Of a DNA stretch of 64,000 bases, positions 48,084 through 60,504 are shown piece after piece. The stretch's first letter is position 1; every line of letters begins with the position of its first letter. Origin of the DNA: Heteronotia binoei (taxonomy: Eukaryota); assembly GCF_032191835.1 (NCBI RefSeq), contig NC_083227.1, positions 6,324,001 to 6,388,000 on the forward strand, read 5' to 3'. The translations under genes were made by a program, and so were the position numbers. Below the pieces are notes generated by a model. That model made no database searches. It saw only the letters and a list, made by a program, of their open reading frames with translations, and was not told the DNA's origin.

Positions 48084-50622
48084 ATCTAAGCCATCACTTA
48101 TTCGCTTTTCAAAACGACTTCCGCTCTCAAAGAACTTATCGTGGTAGTCCTTTCGCTTACCCTTGTGGTTGTGCTTTACCACTTAATTAATGAATAAATA
48201 TTTTGGGGCATAATTTCAATTTTTTTTTTGTATCGGTTTGTCCCAAGGGCCTTCTCACCATTGGATTACAGGAGTCAGTGGTACACACTGCCTACGCTGG
48301 TTCTCCAGTCCCACCTGGAGATTGGCAACCCTAGGGGGGACCCCCTAGAGATAGAGGTTTACAAGATAATGCATGGGATGGAGAAAGTAGAGAAAGAAGT
48401 CCTTTTCTGCCTTTCTCACAATACAAGAACTCGTGGGCATTCGATGAAATTGTTGAGCAGACAGGTTAAAACGGATAAAAGGAAGTACTTCTTCACCCAA
48501 AGGGTGATTAACATGTGGAATTCACTTTGGGGGTGGAGCTAGGAGATCTTGGGGTGGAGCCGGGAGACTTTGGGGTGGAGCCAGGAGACCTTGGAGAGGA
48601 GCCAAGAGACTTTGGGGATGGAGCCAGAAGCAAGGGTGGGACAAGCATCAGTGGCTATTAGCCACAGTGTGTGTATATATAAAAAAATTTTGCCACTGTG
48701 TGACACAGAGTGTTGGACTGGATGGGCCGTTGGCCTGATCCAACATGGCTTCTCTTATGTTCTTAATGCGTGTCTCCAGCCAGAACCCCCTTTGTGCATC
48801 CCAGCAGCACCCCCCATCCTAGAAAGGCTTTTGCTCCACAGTAACAGTGCTTGGCGAAGGGTCCAAGAAGTGTGCCTCCCGTCCTGTCTCCGTCCCCTCC
48901 TTCACCGGCTCTGCTTTCCAGACCCTCAGCATTTTCTCCCCCTTCGAGCTGGCTGGTTCTAGAGGCCCTGCAGGAGCTCCCCCCTAGGTAGGCAGGAGAG
49001 GGCGAGTGGGTGCCACACCTCTGTGCCTTCCCCCTAGCAGCCCTGGATGGGACAGGGCAGTCAAGCAGGAAGGCAGGAAGGAAAATAGATGGGAGGGAGG
49101 GAGTGGCGGAAAGAAAGCAACTTTAATTGTATTCTTTAACTGCAACTTTAACTGCATTCTCCAAGCTGCCATTTGATTTAGAGCGACACAAAATGTGTGT
49201 GAAAGAGCCACGGGTGGCTTCTGAGTTCCAGTTTGGCCACCCCCTGCTTAGAATACCATCCTTCTTTTTCCTTTCTCACCCAGATGAATGCTTGTCCATC
49301 GGTAGGTATGGATGGAACTCTGTCTGGGGAAAGTGATGCTCTGTATTCTTGGTGCTTGGGGAGGGGACTGTGGGAGGGCTTCTAGTGTCCTGGCCCCACT
49401 GGTGGACCTCCTGATGGCACCTGGGTTTTTTGACCACTGTGTGACACAGAGTGTTGGACTGGATGGGCCATTGGCCTGATCCAACATGGCTTCCCTTATG
49501 TTCTTATGTGACACAGAGTGTTGGAATGGATGGGTCATTGGCCTGATCTAGGCTTCTCTTATGTTTTTATAGATGGAACTCTCTGTCTGGGGCAGTGATG
49601 CTCTGTATTCTTGGTGCCGGGGGGGGGGGGGGCACAGTGGGAGAGTTTCTAGAAGTCCTGGCCCCACTGATGGACCTTCTAATGGCACAAGGTGGTTTTT
49701 GGTTTTTTGGTTTTTGCCACTGTGTGACACAGAGTGTTGGACTGGATAAGCCACTGGTCTGATCCAACATGGCTACTCTTATGTTCTTATGTTGTAAGCA
49801 AACGTTCCCTGGGCTAGAGCTTAACAGAGTTACAGCAGGGGATCACAGAACCATAGAGCTGGAAGGGAACCCCCATGGTCATCTAGTCCAACCCGTTACA
49901 CAATGCAAAACATTCACCAGTACTTCCTACTAAGTTCACAAGATCAGCATTGCTCTCAGTTTGGCCATCTAGCCTCGCTTTTAAAAGGAAGGAGAGCCCA
50001 CCACCTCCCAAGGAAGCCTATTCCGCTGAGGAACCAATCTAACTTTCAAGAATTGTCAGTAATCATAGAATCATAGAGTTGGAAGGGACCTCCAGGGCCA
50101 TCTAGTCCAACCCCCCTGCACAATGCAGGAAACTCACAAACACCTCCCCCTAAATTCACAAGATCTTCATTGCTGTCAGATGGCCACGTAGACTCTGTTG
50201 AAAAACCTCCAAGGAAGGAGAGCCCACCACCTCCCAAGGAAGCCTGTTCCACTGAGGAACCGCTCTAATGGTCAGGAAGTTCTTCCTAAGGTTGAGCCAG
50301 AAATTCCTTTGATTTAATTTCAACCCACTGGTTCTGGTCCTACCTTCTGGGGCCACAGAAATAACTCAGCAGCATCCTCTCTATAACAGCCCTTCTAGTC
50401 CTTGAAGATAGTGATCATATCACAGGCTAAACATGCTCAGCTCCTTCAACCTCTCCTCGTAGGACTTGGTCTCCGGACTCCTCACCATCTTTGTTGCCCT
50501 CCTCAGGACACATCTCAGCATGTCTATATCCTTCTTAAAATGTCGATTTAATGGTGGCACAAAGGGGGTCTCGGGGAGTCCTTGGTTGTTGCCCCGCAAC
50601 TCTAACCTCCTTTTGTTCCCAG

Positions 50623-50895
50623 ATGCCTTCTTTCGACACACCCTCCACTATTTCGAGACGGCCATCTGGGAGCCGGGCTGGCGGCTTCCCCAGTTCACCT
50701 CTTTGGCGTATGTGGATGACCGGCTGATTGGCAGCTACGACGGTCACGCTGACCAGTGCGTGCCTCAGTCGCCCTGGATAGACGACATCATCCATGATGA
50801 CTCTGACTTCTGGGCTAAGACCACGGAATGGGACTTTGCCTCAAGCCTTGTCATGGATCTGATGATTCTGAAGAATGCTCACAACCAGAGTAGGG
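50623..50895 (+). CDS. MHC class I exon 2 (alpha1)
   Basis: HTLHYFET, PQF..AYVDD, PQSPW and NQS motifs; cccag acceptor and GG|GTGAGT donor, phase 1. Confidence 0.92.
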
Positions 50896-50984
50896 GTGAG
50901 TGGAGGCACGCAAAGGGGCAAGGCTGCCGGGTATCCCTGAGGGTGTGAAAGGAGCATGGCGCAGAGTGGTAAAGCAGCAGGCGA

Positions 50985-51670
50985 GCCGGTTTGGTGTAGT
51001 GGTTAAGTATGTGGACTCTTATCTGGGAGAACTGGGTTTGATTCCCCACTCCTCCGCTTGCACCTGCTAGCATGGCCTTGGGTCAGCCATAGTTCTGGCA
51101 GAGGTTGTCCTTGAAAGGGCAGCTGCTGGGAGAGCCCTCTCAGCCCCACCCACCTCACAGGGTGTCTGTTGTGGGAGAGGAAGGGAAAGGAGATTGTGAG
51201 CTACTCTGAGACTCTTCGGAGTGGACGGAGGGATATAAATCCCATATCTTCATCTACCTCACAGGGTGTCTGTTGTGGGGGAGGAAGGTAAAGGAGATTG
51301 TGAGCCGCTTTGAGACTCTTCGGAGTGGAGGGCGGGATATAAATCCAATATCTTCATCTACCTCACAGGATATCTGTTGTGGGGGAGGAAGGTAAAGAAG
51401 ATAGTGAGCCGCTCTGAGACTCTTCGGAGTGGAGGGCGGGATATAAATCCAATATCTTCATCTACCTCACAGGGTGTCTGTTGTGGGGGAGGAAGGTAAA
51501 GGAGATTGTGAGCTGCTTTGAGACTCTTCGGAGTGGAGGGCAGGATATAAATCCAATATCTTCATCTACCTCACAGGGTGTCTTGTGGGCGGGGGGAGGT
51601 AAAGGAGATAGTGAGCCGCTCTGAGACTCTTCGGAGTGGAAGGTGGGCTGTAAATCCAATATCTTCTTCG
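50985..51670 (+). repeat. Squam3 SINE with its 104-bp 3'-terminal unit reiterated about 5 times
   Basis: ctacctcac recurs at 51254, 51358 and 51462. Confidence 0.85.
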
Positions 51671-53481
51671 GTATTGTGATCTGAACTCTCTGCTCACAAC
51701 CTGCTTTTTACCTCTACATTTCACATCCTCCCTCCTACACCGTCTTTTATTACCAAGGAAGAGGGATGGAGAGAAACATAAACATACATATTCCCCCCCC
51801 CTCTTCCCTCCATGCTTAATAACGGCCCCGTGGCGCAGAGTGGTAAAGCAGCAGTACTGCAGTACTGTGGTCTGAACTCTCTGCTCATGACCTGAGTTCG
51901 ATTCCGGCGGAAGCTGGTTTCAGGTAGCCGGCCCGAGGTTGACTCAGCCTTCCATCCTTCCGAGGTCGGTCAAATGAGTACCCAGCTTGTTGGGGGAAAA
52001 GCGTAGATGACTGGGGAAGGCAAGGGCAAACCACCCCATAAAAAGCCTGCCGTGAAAACGTCGTGAAAGCAACGTCACCCCAGAGTCGGAAGCAACTGGT
52101 GCTTGCACAGGGGACCTTTCCTTTTTCCATGCTTAATGGATCTTCATAGATGCTCCCAGGGGTCATTTAGTGGCAAAAGAGGTGCCAGAGCTCATTAGCA
52201 CAACTTATTTGCATATGCCACCTACCCCTCACCTCACCGGAAGGTGGACTAAATTACATCATCTCAGCATCTACCTTAAAATGCTGCTGCTGAAGAAGAA
52301 AAAGATATTGGATTTATATCCCGCCCTCTACTCTGAAGAGTTTCAGAGCGGCTCACTATCTCCTTTCCCTTCCTCCCCCACAACAGACACCCTGTGAGGC
52401 GGGTGGGGCTGAGAGGGCTCTCACAGCAGCTGCCCTTTCAAGGAAAACCTCTGCCAGAGCTCTGGCTGACCCAAGGCCATTCAGCAGCTGCAAGTGAAGG
52501 AATGGGGAATCAAACCCGGTTCTCCCAGATAAGAGTCCGCACACTTAACCACTTCACCAAACTGGCTCTCCTGGAATTAGAACTGTCATAATAAAACCAT
52601 ACTCCCATCAGACTTCTAAAATGATTTTTTCCTAGGTGGCCACAGTGGCACGAGGAAGATTTCCATCTGTCCGCTTTATAGGCATTTGCTATTTCTCCAT
52701 TGTTTGTGGGGAAAATATTAGAAAGTTTGTCAAATCCTAAGAATTCAGCAAAATTCTCTCAGGGAACCTGAACCATGGAGCCCAGAANNNNNNNNNNNNN
52801 NNNNNNNNNNNNNNNNNNNNNNNNNNNNNNNNNNNNNNNNNNNNNNNNNNNNNNNNNNNNNNNNNNNNNNNNNNNNNNNNNNNNNNNNNNNNNNNNNNNN
52901 NNNNNNNNNNNNNNNNNNNNNNNNNNNNNNNNNNNNNNNNNNNNNTAGAACCTTCCAGGGGACCTGAACCATGGAGCCCAGAAGCAAGTATTTGTGGGGA
53001 AGGAAGGGAGGGAGGGTGGGAGGGAGGGAGGAAGGGAGGGAGGGAGGGAGGAAGAAAGGATGGGAGGAAGAAAGGAAGGAAGGAAGTTTAGAGGTTCTAG
53101 AGCTCCACTCCTGTCAGCTGGATGCTCTTGAGTTAGGGAGACCTGGATGCTCTTGAGTTATACGGGCAGATCCTCCAAATGCAGCAGAAATGGGGGTCTC
53201 CATTTATTCACATTCTCAGTGCCACTGAGCCCCTGACTGCAACGCTTTGTGGCACACGACACACAGTCCTTGCTTAACAATCCGTGAAAACTGAGCTCCC
53301 CATCTGAGGTCATAGAGCTAAGCATCCAGCAGATCTGAAGCCCCCCACCCCGATATGCGCCTTAAGAATTCTCCAGGGCACTGGAACATTATACAGAATT
53401 CTGAAGGCTCAGGCTGGCGCAAGTGCCGGAGATTGGTCATGAGTGATTGACTCCAGAGTAGTGCTGAGAAATGCTATAGAG

Positions 53482-53688
53482 CAGGGGTCCCCAGCCCCTG
53501 GACTGCGGACTGGTACTGGTCCGTGGCCTGTTAACAACCGGGCCATGGAGTGAGGCAGAGACTTTCACCTACTCATTTAAAGATCCCCGGGGGGGGGGGC
53601 AGCAAAAACCCCAGCACCCCCACCAGTCTATGGAAAAACTGCCTTCCGCAAAACTGGTCCCTGGTGCCAAAAAGCTTGGGGGCCACTG
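53482..53688. mobile_element. hAT-Charlie MITE with MER1-like termini
   Basis: caggggtcccca...tgggggccactg with a perfect 8-bp TSD ctatagag. Confidence 0.85.
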
Positions 53689-53942
53689 CTATAGAGGGTG
53701 TTCCAAAATACTGAACGGAAGGTGTGCGAATATAGACTCCCATCCAGCTCACCCTGGCACACACCTGACTGTGTCATGCGCAGGAAGTCGGTGACCCTTT
53801 CTTTCCCCAAACACCCTCTTTCAGCTTCTATTCCTGTCTATTTATGATTCAGTTTATATGCTGCCTTTGCAGAGATGGGGCAAGGCAGCTTACATTTTAA
53901 TCCAAACCAATAAAACACAACCTTTAACAAGACACAACGAGT

Positions 53943-56860
53943 GAGAGCCAGTTTGGTGTAGTGGCTAAGTGCGCGGGCTCTTATCTGGGAGAACCGGGTT
54001 TGATTCCCCACTCCTCCACTTACAGCTGCTGGAATGGCCTTGGGTCAGCCACAGCTCTCTTATCTGGGAGAACCGGGTTTGATTCCCCCCTCCTCCACTT
54101 GCACCTGCTGGAATGGTCTTGGGTCAGCCACAGCTCTCTTATCTGGGAGAACCGGGTTTGATTCCCCACTCCTCCACTGGCACCTGCTGGAATGGCCTTG
54201 GGTCAGCCATAGCTCTCTTATCTGGGAGAAGCGGGTTTGATTCCCCACTCCTCCGCTTGCAGCTGCTGGAATGGCCTTGGGTCAGCCAGAGCTCTCTTAT
54301 CTGGGAGAAGCGGGTTTGATTCCCCACTCCTCCACTTGCACCTGCTGGAGTGGCCTTGGGTCAGCCAGAGCTCTCTTATCTGGGAGAAGCGGGTTTGATT
54401 CCCCCCTCCTCCACTTGCACCTGCTGGAATGGCCTTGGGTCAGCCACAGCTCTCTTATCTGGGAGAACCGGGTTTGATTCCCCACTCCTCCACTTACAGC
54501 TGCTGGAATGGCCTTGGGTCAGCCACAGCTCTCTTATCTGGGAGAACCGGGTTTGATTCCCCCCTCCTCCACTTGCACCTGCTGGAATGGTCTTGGGTCA
54601 GCCACAGCTCTCTTATCTGGGAGAACCGGGTTTGATTCCCCACTCCTCCACTGGCACCTGCTGGAATGGCCTTGGGTCAGCCATAGCTCTCTTATCTGGG
54701 AGAAGCGGGTTTGATTCCCCACTCCTCCGCTTGCAGCTGCTGGAATGGCCTTGGGTCAGCCAGAGCTCTCTTATCTGGGAGAACCGGGTTTGATTCCCCC
54801 CTCCTCCGCTTGCAGCTGCTGGAATGGCCTTGGGTCAGCCAGAGCTCTCTTATCTGGGAGAACCGGGTTTGATTCCCCCCTCCTCCACTTGCACCTGCTG
54901 GAATGGCCTTGGGTCAGCCACAGCTCTCTTATCTGGGAGAACCGGGTTTGATTCCCCCCTCCTCCACTTGCACCTGCTGGAATGGTCTTGGGTCAGCCAC
55001 AGCTCTCTTATCTGGGAGAACCGGGTTTGATTCCCCACTCCTCCGCTTGCAGCTGCTGGAATGGCCTTGGGTCAGCCAGAGCTCTCTTATCTGGGAGAAC
55101 AGGGTTTGATTCCCCACTCCTGCACTTGCACCTGCTGGAATGGTCTTGGGTCAGCCACAGCTCTCTTATCTGGGAGAACCGGGTTTGATTCCCCACTCCT
55201 CCACTTGCACCTGCTGGAATGGTCTTGGGTCAGCCACAGCTCTCTTATCTGGGAGAACCGGGTTTGATTCCCCACTCCTCCACTTACAGCTGCTGGAGTG
55301 GCCTTGGGTCAGCCACAGCTCTCTTATCTGGGAGAACCGGGTTTGATTCCCCACTCCTCCACTTGCACCTGCTGGAATGGTCTTGGGTCAGCCACAGCTC
55401 TCTTATCTGGGAGAACAGGGTTTGATTCCCCACTCCTCCGCTTGCAGCTGCTGGAGTGGCCTTGGGTCAGCCACAGCTCTCTTATCTGGGAGAACAGGGT
55501 TTGATTCCCCACTCCTCCATTTCCACCTGCTGGAATGGCCTTGGGTCAGCCATAGCTCTCTTATCTGGGAGAACCGGGTTTGATTCCCCACCCCTCCACT
55601 TACAGCTGCTGGAGTGGCCTTGGGTCAGCCACAGCTCTCTTATCTGGGAGAACAGGGTTTGATTCCCCACTCCTCCACTTACAGCTGCTGGAGTGGCCTT
55701 GGGTCAGCCACAGCTCTCTTATCTGGGAGAACCGGGTTTGATTCCCCACCCCTCCACTTACAGCTGCTGGAGTGGCCTTGGGTCAGCCACAGCTCTCTTA
55801 TCTGGGAGAACAGGGTTTGATTCCCCACCCCTCCACTTACAGCTGCTGGAGTGGCCTTGGGTCAGCCACAGCTCTCTTATCTGGGAGAACCGGGTTTGAT
55901 TCCCCACCCCTCCACTTACAGCTGCTGGAGTGGCCTTGGGTCAGCCACAGCTCTCTTATCTGGGAGAACAGGGTTTGATTCCCCACTCCTCCATTTCCAC
56001 CTGCTGGAATGGCCTTGGGTCAGCCACAGCTCTCTTATCTGGGAGAACCGGGTTTGATTCCCCACCCCTCCACTTACAGCTGCTGGAGTGGCCTTGGGTC
56101 AGCCACAGCTCTCTTATCTGGGAGAACAGGGTTTGATTCCCCACTCCTCCATTTCCACCTGCTGGAATGGCCTTGGGTCAGCCATAGCTCTCTCTTATCT
56201 GGGAGAACCGGGTTTGATTCCCCACTCCTCCACTTAAAGCTGCTGGAGTGGCCTTGGGTCAGCCACAGCTCTCTTATCTGGGAGAACCGGGTTTGATTCC
56301 CCACTCCTCCGCTTGCAGCTGCTGGAATGGCCTTGGGTCAGCCAGAGCTCTCTTATCTGGGAGAACGGGTTTGATTCCCCACTCCTCCACTTTCAGCTGC
56401 TGGAATGGCCATGGGTCAGCCATAGCTCTGTTATCTGGGAGAACCGGTTTTGATTCCCCACTCCTCCACTTGCAGCTGCTGGAATGGCCTTGGGTCAGCC
56501 ACAGCTCTCTTATCTGGCAGAACCTGGTTTGATTCCCCACTCCTCCACTTGCAGCTGCTGGAACGGCCTTGGCTTAGCCAGAGCTCTCGCAGAAGTTGTC
56601 CTGGAAAGGGCAGCTGCTGGGAGAGCCCTCTCAGCCCCTCCCACCTCACAGGGTGTCTGTTGTAGGCGAAGGAGATAAAGGAGGTTGTAAGCCGATCTGA
56701 GACTTTGTCCTTGAAAGGGCAGCTGCTGTGAGAGCTCTCACAGCCCTACCCACCTCACAGGGTGTCTGTTGTGGGGGACGAAGATATAGGAGATTGTAAG
56801 CCACTCTGAGTCTCTGAGTTCAGAGAGAAGGCTGGGGTATAAATCTGCAGTCTTCTTCAA
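53943..56860 (+). repeat. Squam3 SINE expanded to about 2.9 kb by about 33 copies of the 79-bp unit (MHC I intron 2)
   Basis: ORF starts recur every 79 bp; one head at 53943 and one tail at about 56600-56860. Confidence 0.92.
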
Positions 56861-57161
56861 AGAAGCCAGGGCGTAAAATGAGCATTAAACACAGACTGAG
56901 CAGTGGAAAGAGGTCAACAAGACACGTTTGGGAATAGGTCTGTCCAAGTAAGAACTGACCACTGGAGCAGGGTGCATGCCCCACCCCCCGCACCGTTCTG
57001 AACTTGGCCAGCCTCTCCAGAAAGATGTGGTGGTTGATCTTATTGAAAACCAGCATGGGATTTAGGGGAATCAGTGGAAAGTCCCAAATAATTCGAGACC
57101 AGAAAGAACTTTTCATGTTCTGCTGGCTTTGAGGCCTCTGGTTTGCGTGTGTCTTCTACAG

Positions 57162-57428
57162 GGATCCACACCCTACAGGTGCTCTCTGGCTGCGAACTGA
57201 ATGAGGACAACGGAGCCACCAGAAGGTTTGCGAAGTACGGCTACAACGGGAGGGACTTCCTCAGCTGGGACCAGGAGACGCTCACCTGGACGGCAATGGA
57301 TGCAGAGGCTGAGCCAACCAAGAGGAAGTGGGAAGCCCAGCGGCACCGTGGGAAACTCTGGAAGCAATTCCTGACCAACACCTGCGTGGAGTGGCTGCGC
57401 TACGGGAAGGAGACCCTGCTGGAAGCTG
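57162..57428 (+). CDS. MHC class I exon 3 (alpha2)
   Basis: HTLQ..SGCEL, YGYNGRDF, TKRKW and TCVEWL motifs; ctacag acceptor and TG|GTGAGG donor. Confidence 0.95.
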
Positions 57429-57467
57429 GTGAGGAGGGGAAATGGGGTGGCAGAGAGAAGGAAGAGG

Positions 57468-57871
57468 CAGGGCAGCTGCGTGGGAGTAGGCAGTCGCCTA
57501 GGGCGCCACCAGGCCTAGGGGGCACCACTGGGCGCCCCTTCCCGGACGCATGACTCTGGCTCCTGACCGCTGTCACCTCGTCCTCTCTCATCGCCAAGCT
57601 GCCCTCAACAAAGCCAAGCCACCCCCCTCTCCCCGATGTGCGACTTGGTCTCCCACCTCATCCTATCCTGCCATCCTCCTTCCTGGAGTGGCCAGCAAGC
57701 ACTTCTTCGCACGATTTTTAAATAATTTATCACATTTTTTTGAAATATTAAAAATCAGTAAATTAAAAATGTGAAAAGTTTCTCTTCAATTACGCTGTAT
57801 TTTTTTAATAATGGGGTGGGGGTGGGGCAGGTGATTCGCCTAGGTTGCCAGAAAGCCTAGCACCAGCCCTG
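57468..57871. mobile_element. hAT MITE 39 nt downstream of the alpha2 exon
   Basis: CAGGGC...GCCCTG ends with a perfect TSD ggaagagg. Confidence 0.85.
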
Positions 57872-59004
57872 GGAAGAGGGCAGTTTGGTGTAGTGGTTAA
57901 GTGCTCGGACTCTTATCTGGGGAAACCGGGTTTGATTCCCCACTCCTCCACTTGCACCTGCTGGAATGGCCTTGGGTCAGCCAGAGCTCTCTTATCTGGG
58001 AGAACCGGGTTTGATTAACCACTCCTCCACTTGCACCTGCTAGCATGGTCTTGGGTCAGCCAGAGCTCTGGCAGAGGTTGTCCTTGAAAGGGCAGCTGCT
58101 GTGAGAGCCCTCTCAGCCCCACCCACCTCACAGGGTGTCTGTTGTGGGGGGAGAAGAGATGGGAGATTGTAAGCCACTCTGAGTCTCTGATTCATGGAGA
58201 AGGGCAGGGTATAAATCTGCAGTCTTCTTCTTTCTTCTTCCCTTGCTGGGAAGCCTCCTTGGGCCAAGGGGAAAGTACCCTGGTAACCAACCACCACCCC
58301 TCAAGGACTTCCTGAGAATCTAGACCAGGGGTATCATACTAATTTGTTATGAGGGCCGGATCTGACATAAATGAGACCTTGTCGGGCGGGCCATTTCAGG
58401 GTGGGCCATGCATGTTCCTATTTTAGATTAGGTACCTGAGATATAAACTTAATAAGGAACACAAACACAATTAAAGATTTTTTTTTACAAAAAAAACTTA
58501 AAATAAAACATGTTTAAAATATTAACATTAGTCTTAAAGGTGCTTTCTTTGTATTTCTCCCNNNNNNNNNNNNNNNNNNNNNNNNNNNNNNNNNNNNNNN
58601 NNNNNNNNNNNNNNNNNNNNNNNNNNNNNNNNNNNNNNNNNNNNNNNNNNNNNNNNNNNNNNNNNNNNNNNNNNNNNNNNNNNNNNNNNNNNNNNNNNNN
58701 NNNNNNNNNNNNNNNNNNNNNNNNNNNNNNNNNNNNNNNNNNNNNNNNNNNNNNNNNNNNNNNNNNNNNNNNNNNNNNNNNNNNNNNNNNNNNNNNNNNN
58801 NNNNNNNNNNNNNNNNNNNNNNNNNNNNNNNNNNNNNNNNNNNNNNNNNNNNNNNNNNNNNNNNNNNNNNNNNNNNNNNNNNNNNNNNNNNNNNNNNNNN
58901 NNNNNNNNNNNNNNNNNNNNNNNNNNNNNNNNNNNNNNNNNNNNNNNNNNNNNNNNNNNNNNNNNNNNNNNNNNNNNNNNNNNNNNNNNNNNNNNNNNNN
59001 NNNN

Positions 59005-59660
59005 CTGACTTCAATACCGAGGAAGTTGGTAGAAACCATTATCAAGGACAGAATGAGTAGGCACATTGATGAACACGAGTTATTGAGGAAGACTCAGCAT
59101 GGGTTCTGTAGGGGAAGATCTTGCCTCACTAACCTGCTACATTTCTTTGAGGGGGTGAACAAACATGTGGACAAAGGAGACCTGATAGATGTTGTTTACC
59201 TTGACTTCCAGAAAGCTTTTGATAAAGTTCCTCATCAAAGGCTCCTTAGAAAGCTTGAGAGTCATGGAGTAAAAGGACAGGTCCTCTTGTGGATCAAAAA
59301 CTGGCTGAGTAATAGGAAGCAGAGAGTGAGTATAAATGGGCAGTCTTCGCAGTGGAGGACGGTAAGCAGTGGGGTGCCGCAGGGCTTGGTACTGGGTCCC
59401 ATGATAATGCATGGGATGGAGAAAGTAGAGAAAGAAATACTTTTCTCCCTTTCTCACAATACAAGAACTCGTGGGCATTCGATGAAATTGCTGAGCAGAA
59501 AGGTTAAAACGGATAAAAGGAAGTACTTCTTCACCCAAAGGGTGATTAACATGTGGAATTCACTGCCACAGGAGGTGGTGGCGGCCACAAGCATAGCCAC
59601 CTTCAAGAGGAGGTTAGATAAAAATATGGAGCAGAGGTCCATCAGTGGCTATTAGCCACA

Positions 59661-59706
<46 letters not shown>

Positions 59707-59836
59707 TTGGCCGCTGTGTGACACAGAATGTTGGACTGGATGGGCCAGTGGCCTGATCCAACATGGCTTCTCTTATGTTCTTATGTGACACAGTGTTGGA
59801 CTGGATGGGCCACTGGCCTGATCCAACATGGCTTCT
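59005..59836 (+). mobile_element. CR1-A fragment with an internal deletion of about 0.6 kb; flanked by N gaps
   Basis: Translation jumps from GLVLGPM to IMHGMEK relative to ORF2 at 24673-27639. Confidence 0.9.
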
Positions 59837-60219
59837 NNNNNNNNNNNNNNNNNNNNNNNNNNNNNNNNNNNNNNNNNNNNNNNNNNNNNNNNNNNNNNNN
59901 NNNNNNNNNNNNNNNNNNNNNNNNNNNNNNNNNNNNNNNNNNNNNNNNNNNNNNNNNNNNNNNNNNNNNNNNNNNNNNNNNNNNNNNNNNNNNNNNNNNN
60001 NNNNNNNNNNNNNNNNNNNNNNNNNNNNNNNNNNNNNNNNNNNNNNNNNNNNNNNNNNNNNNNNNNNNNNNNNNNNNNNNNNNNNNNNNNNNNNNNNNNN
60101 NNNNNNNNNNNNNNNNNNNNNNNNNNNNNNNNNNNNNNNNNNNNNNNNNNNNNNNNNNNNNATGTAAGGAAGCAGGGAGTTGCTGCATTCTTAAGGCCCA
60201 ATACTGGTTATTTTCACAG

Positions 60220-60504
60220 AGCCACCAATGGTTCGCATAACCCACAAGGCAGGATCGGAGGGCCTGGAGACTCTCGTCTGCCGACTCCACGGCTTCTACC
60301 CCAAAGAGATCGATGTGACATGGAGAAAGGGCAGGGAAGTTTGGCACCAGGACATCCTGACGGGGGGTGTCGTCCCCAACTCAGATGGGACTTACCACAC
60401 CTGGATAAGCATTGATGTTGACCCCAAAGAGAGGGGCCACTACCGGTGCCACGTGGAACATGATGGCCTTCCAGAGCCCCTGGACTTGGCCTGGGAGGAG
60501 CCAG
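60220..60504 (+). CDS. MHC class I exon 4 (alpha3, Ig C1 domain)
   Basis: LVCRLHGFYPKEIDVTW, PNSDGTYH and YRCHVEHDGL motifs; canonical splice sites. Confidence 0.97.

Noticed and set aside
52760-52990. Direct repeat gaaccatggagcccagaa on both sides of an N gap
   Set aside because: Likely a collapsed tandem repeat or scaffold overlap. ORFs spanning all five gaps (37994-38125, 52788-52945, 58562-59004, 59837-60160, 62569-62820) were also ignored.
53961-56678. Dozens of 62-68 aa ORFs (MALGQPQLSYLGEPG...)
   Set aside because: By-products of the 79-bp minisatellite.
59395-59410. CR1 internal deletion interpreted as a spliced intron
   Set aside because: The deleted segment begins CT, not GT or GC.
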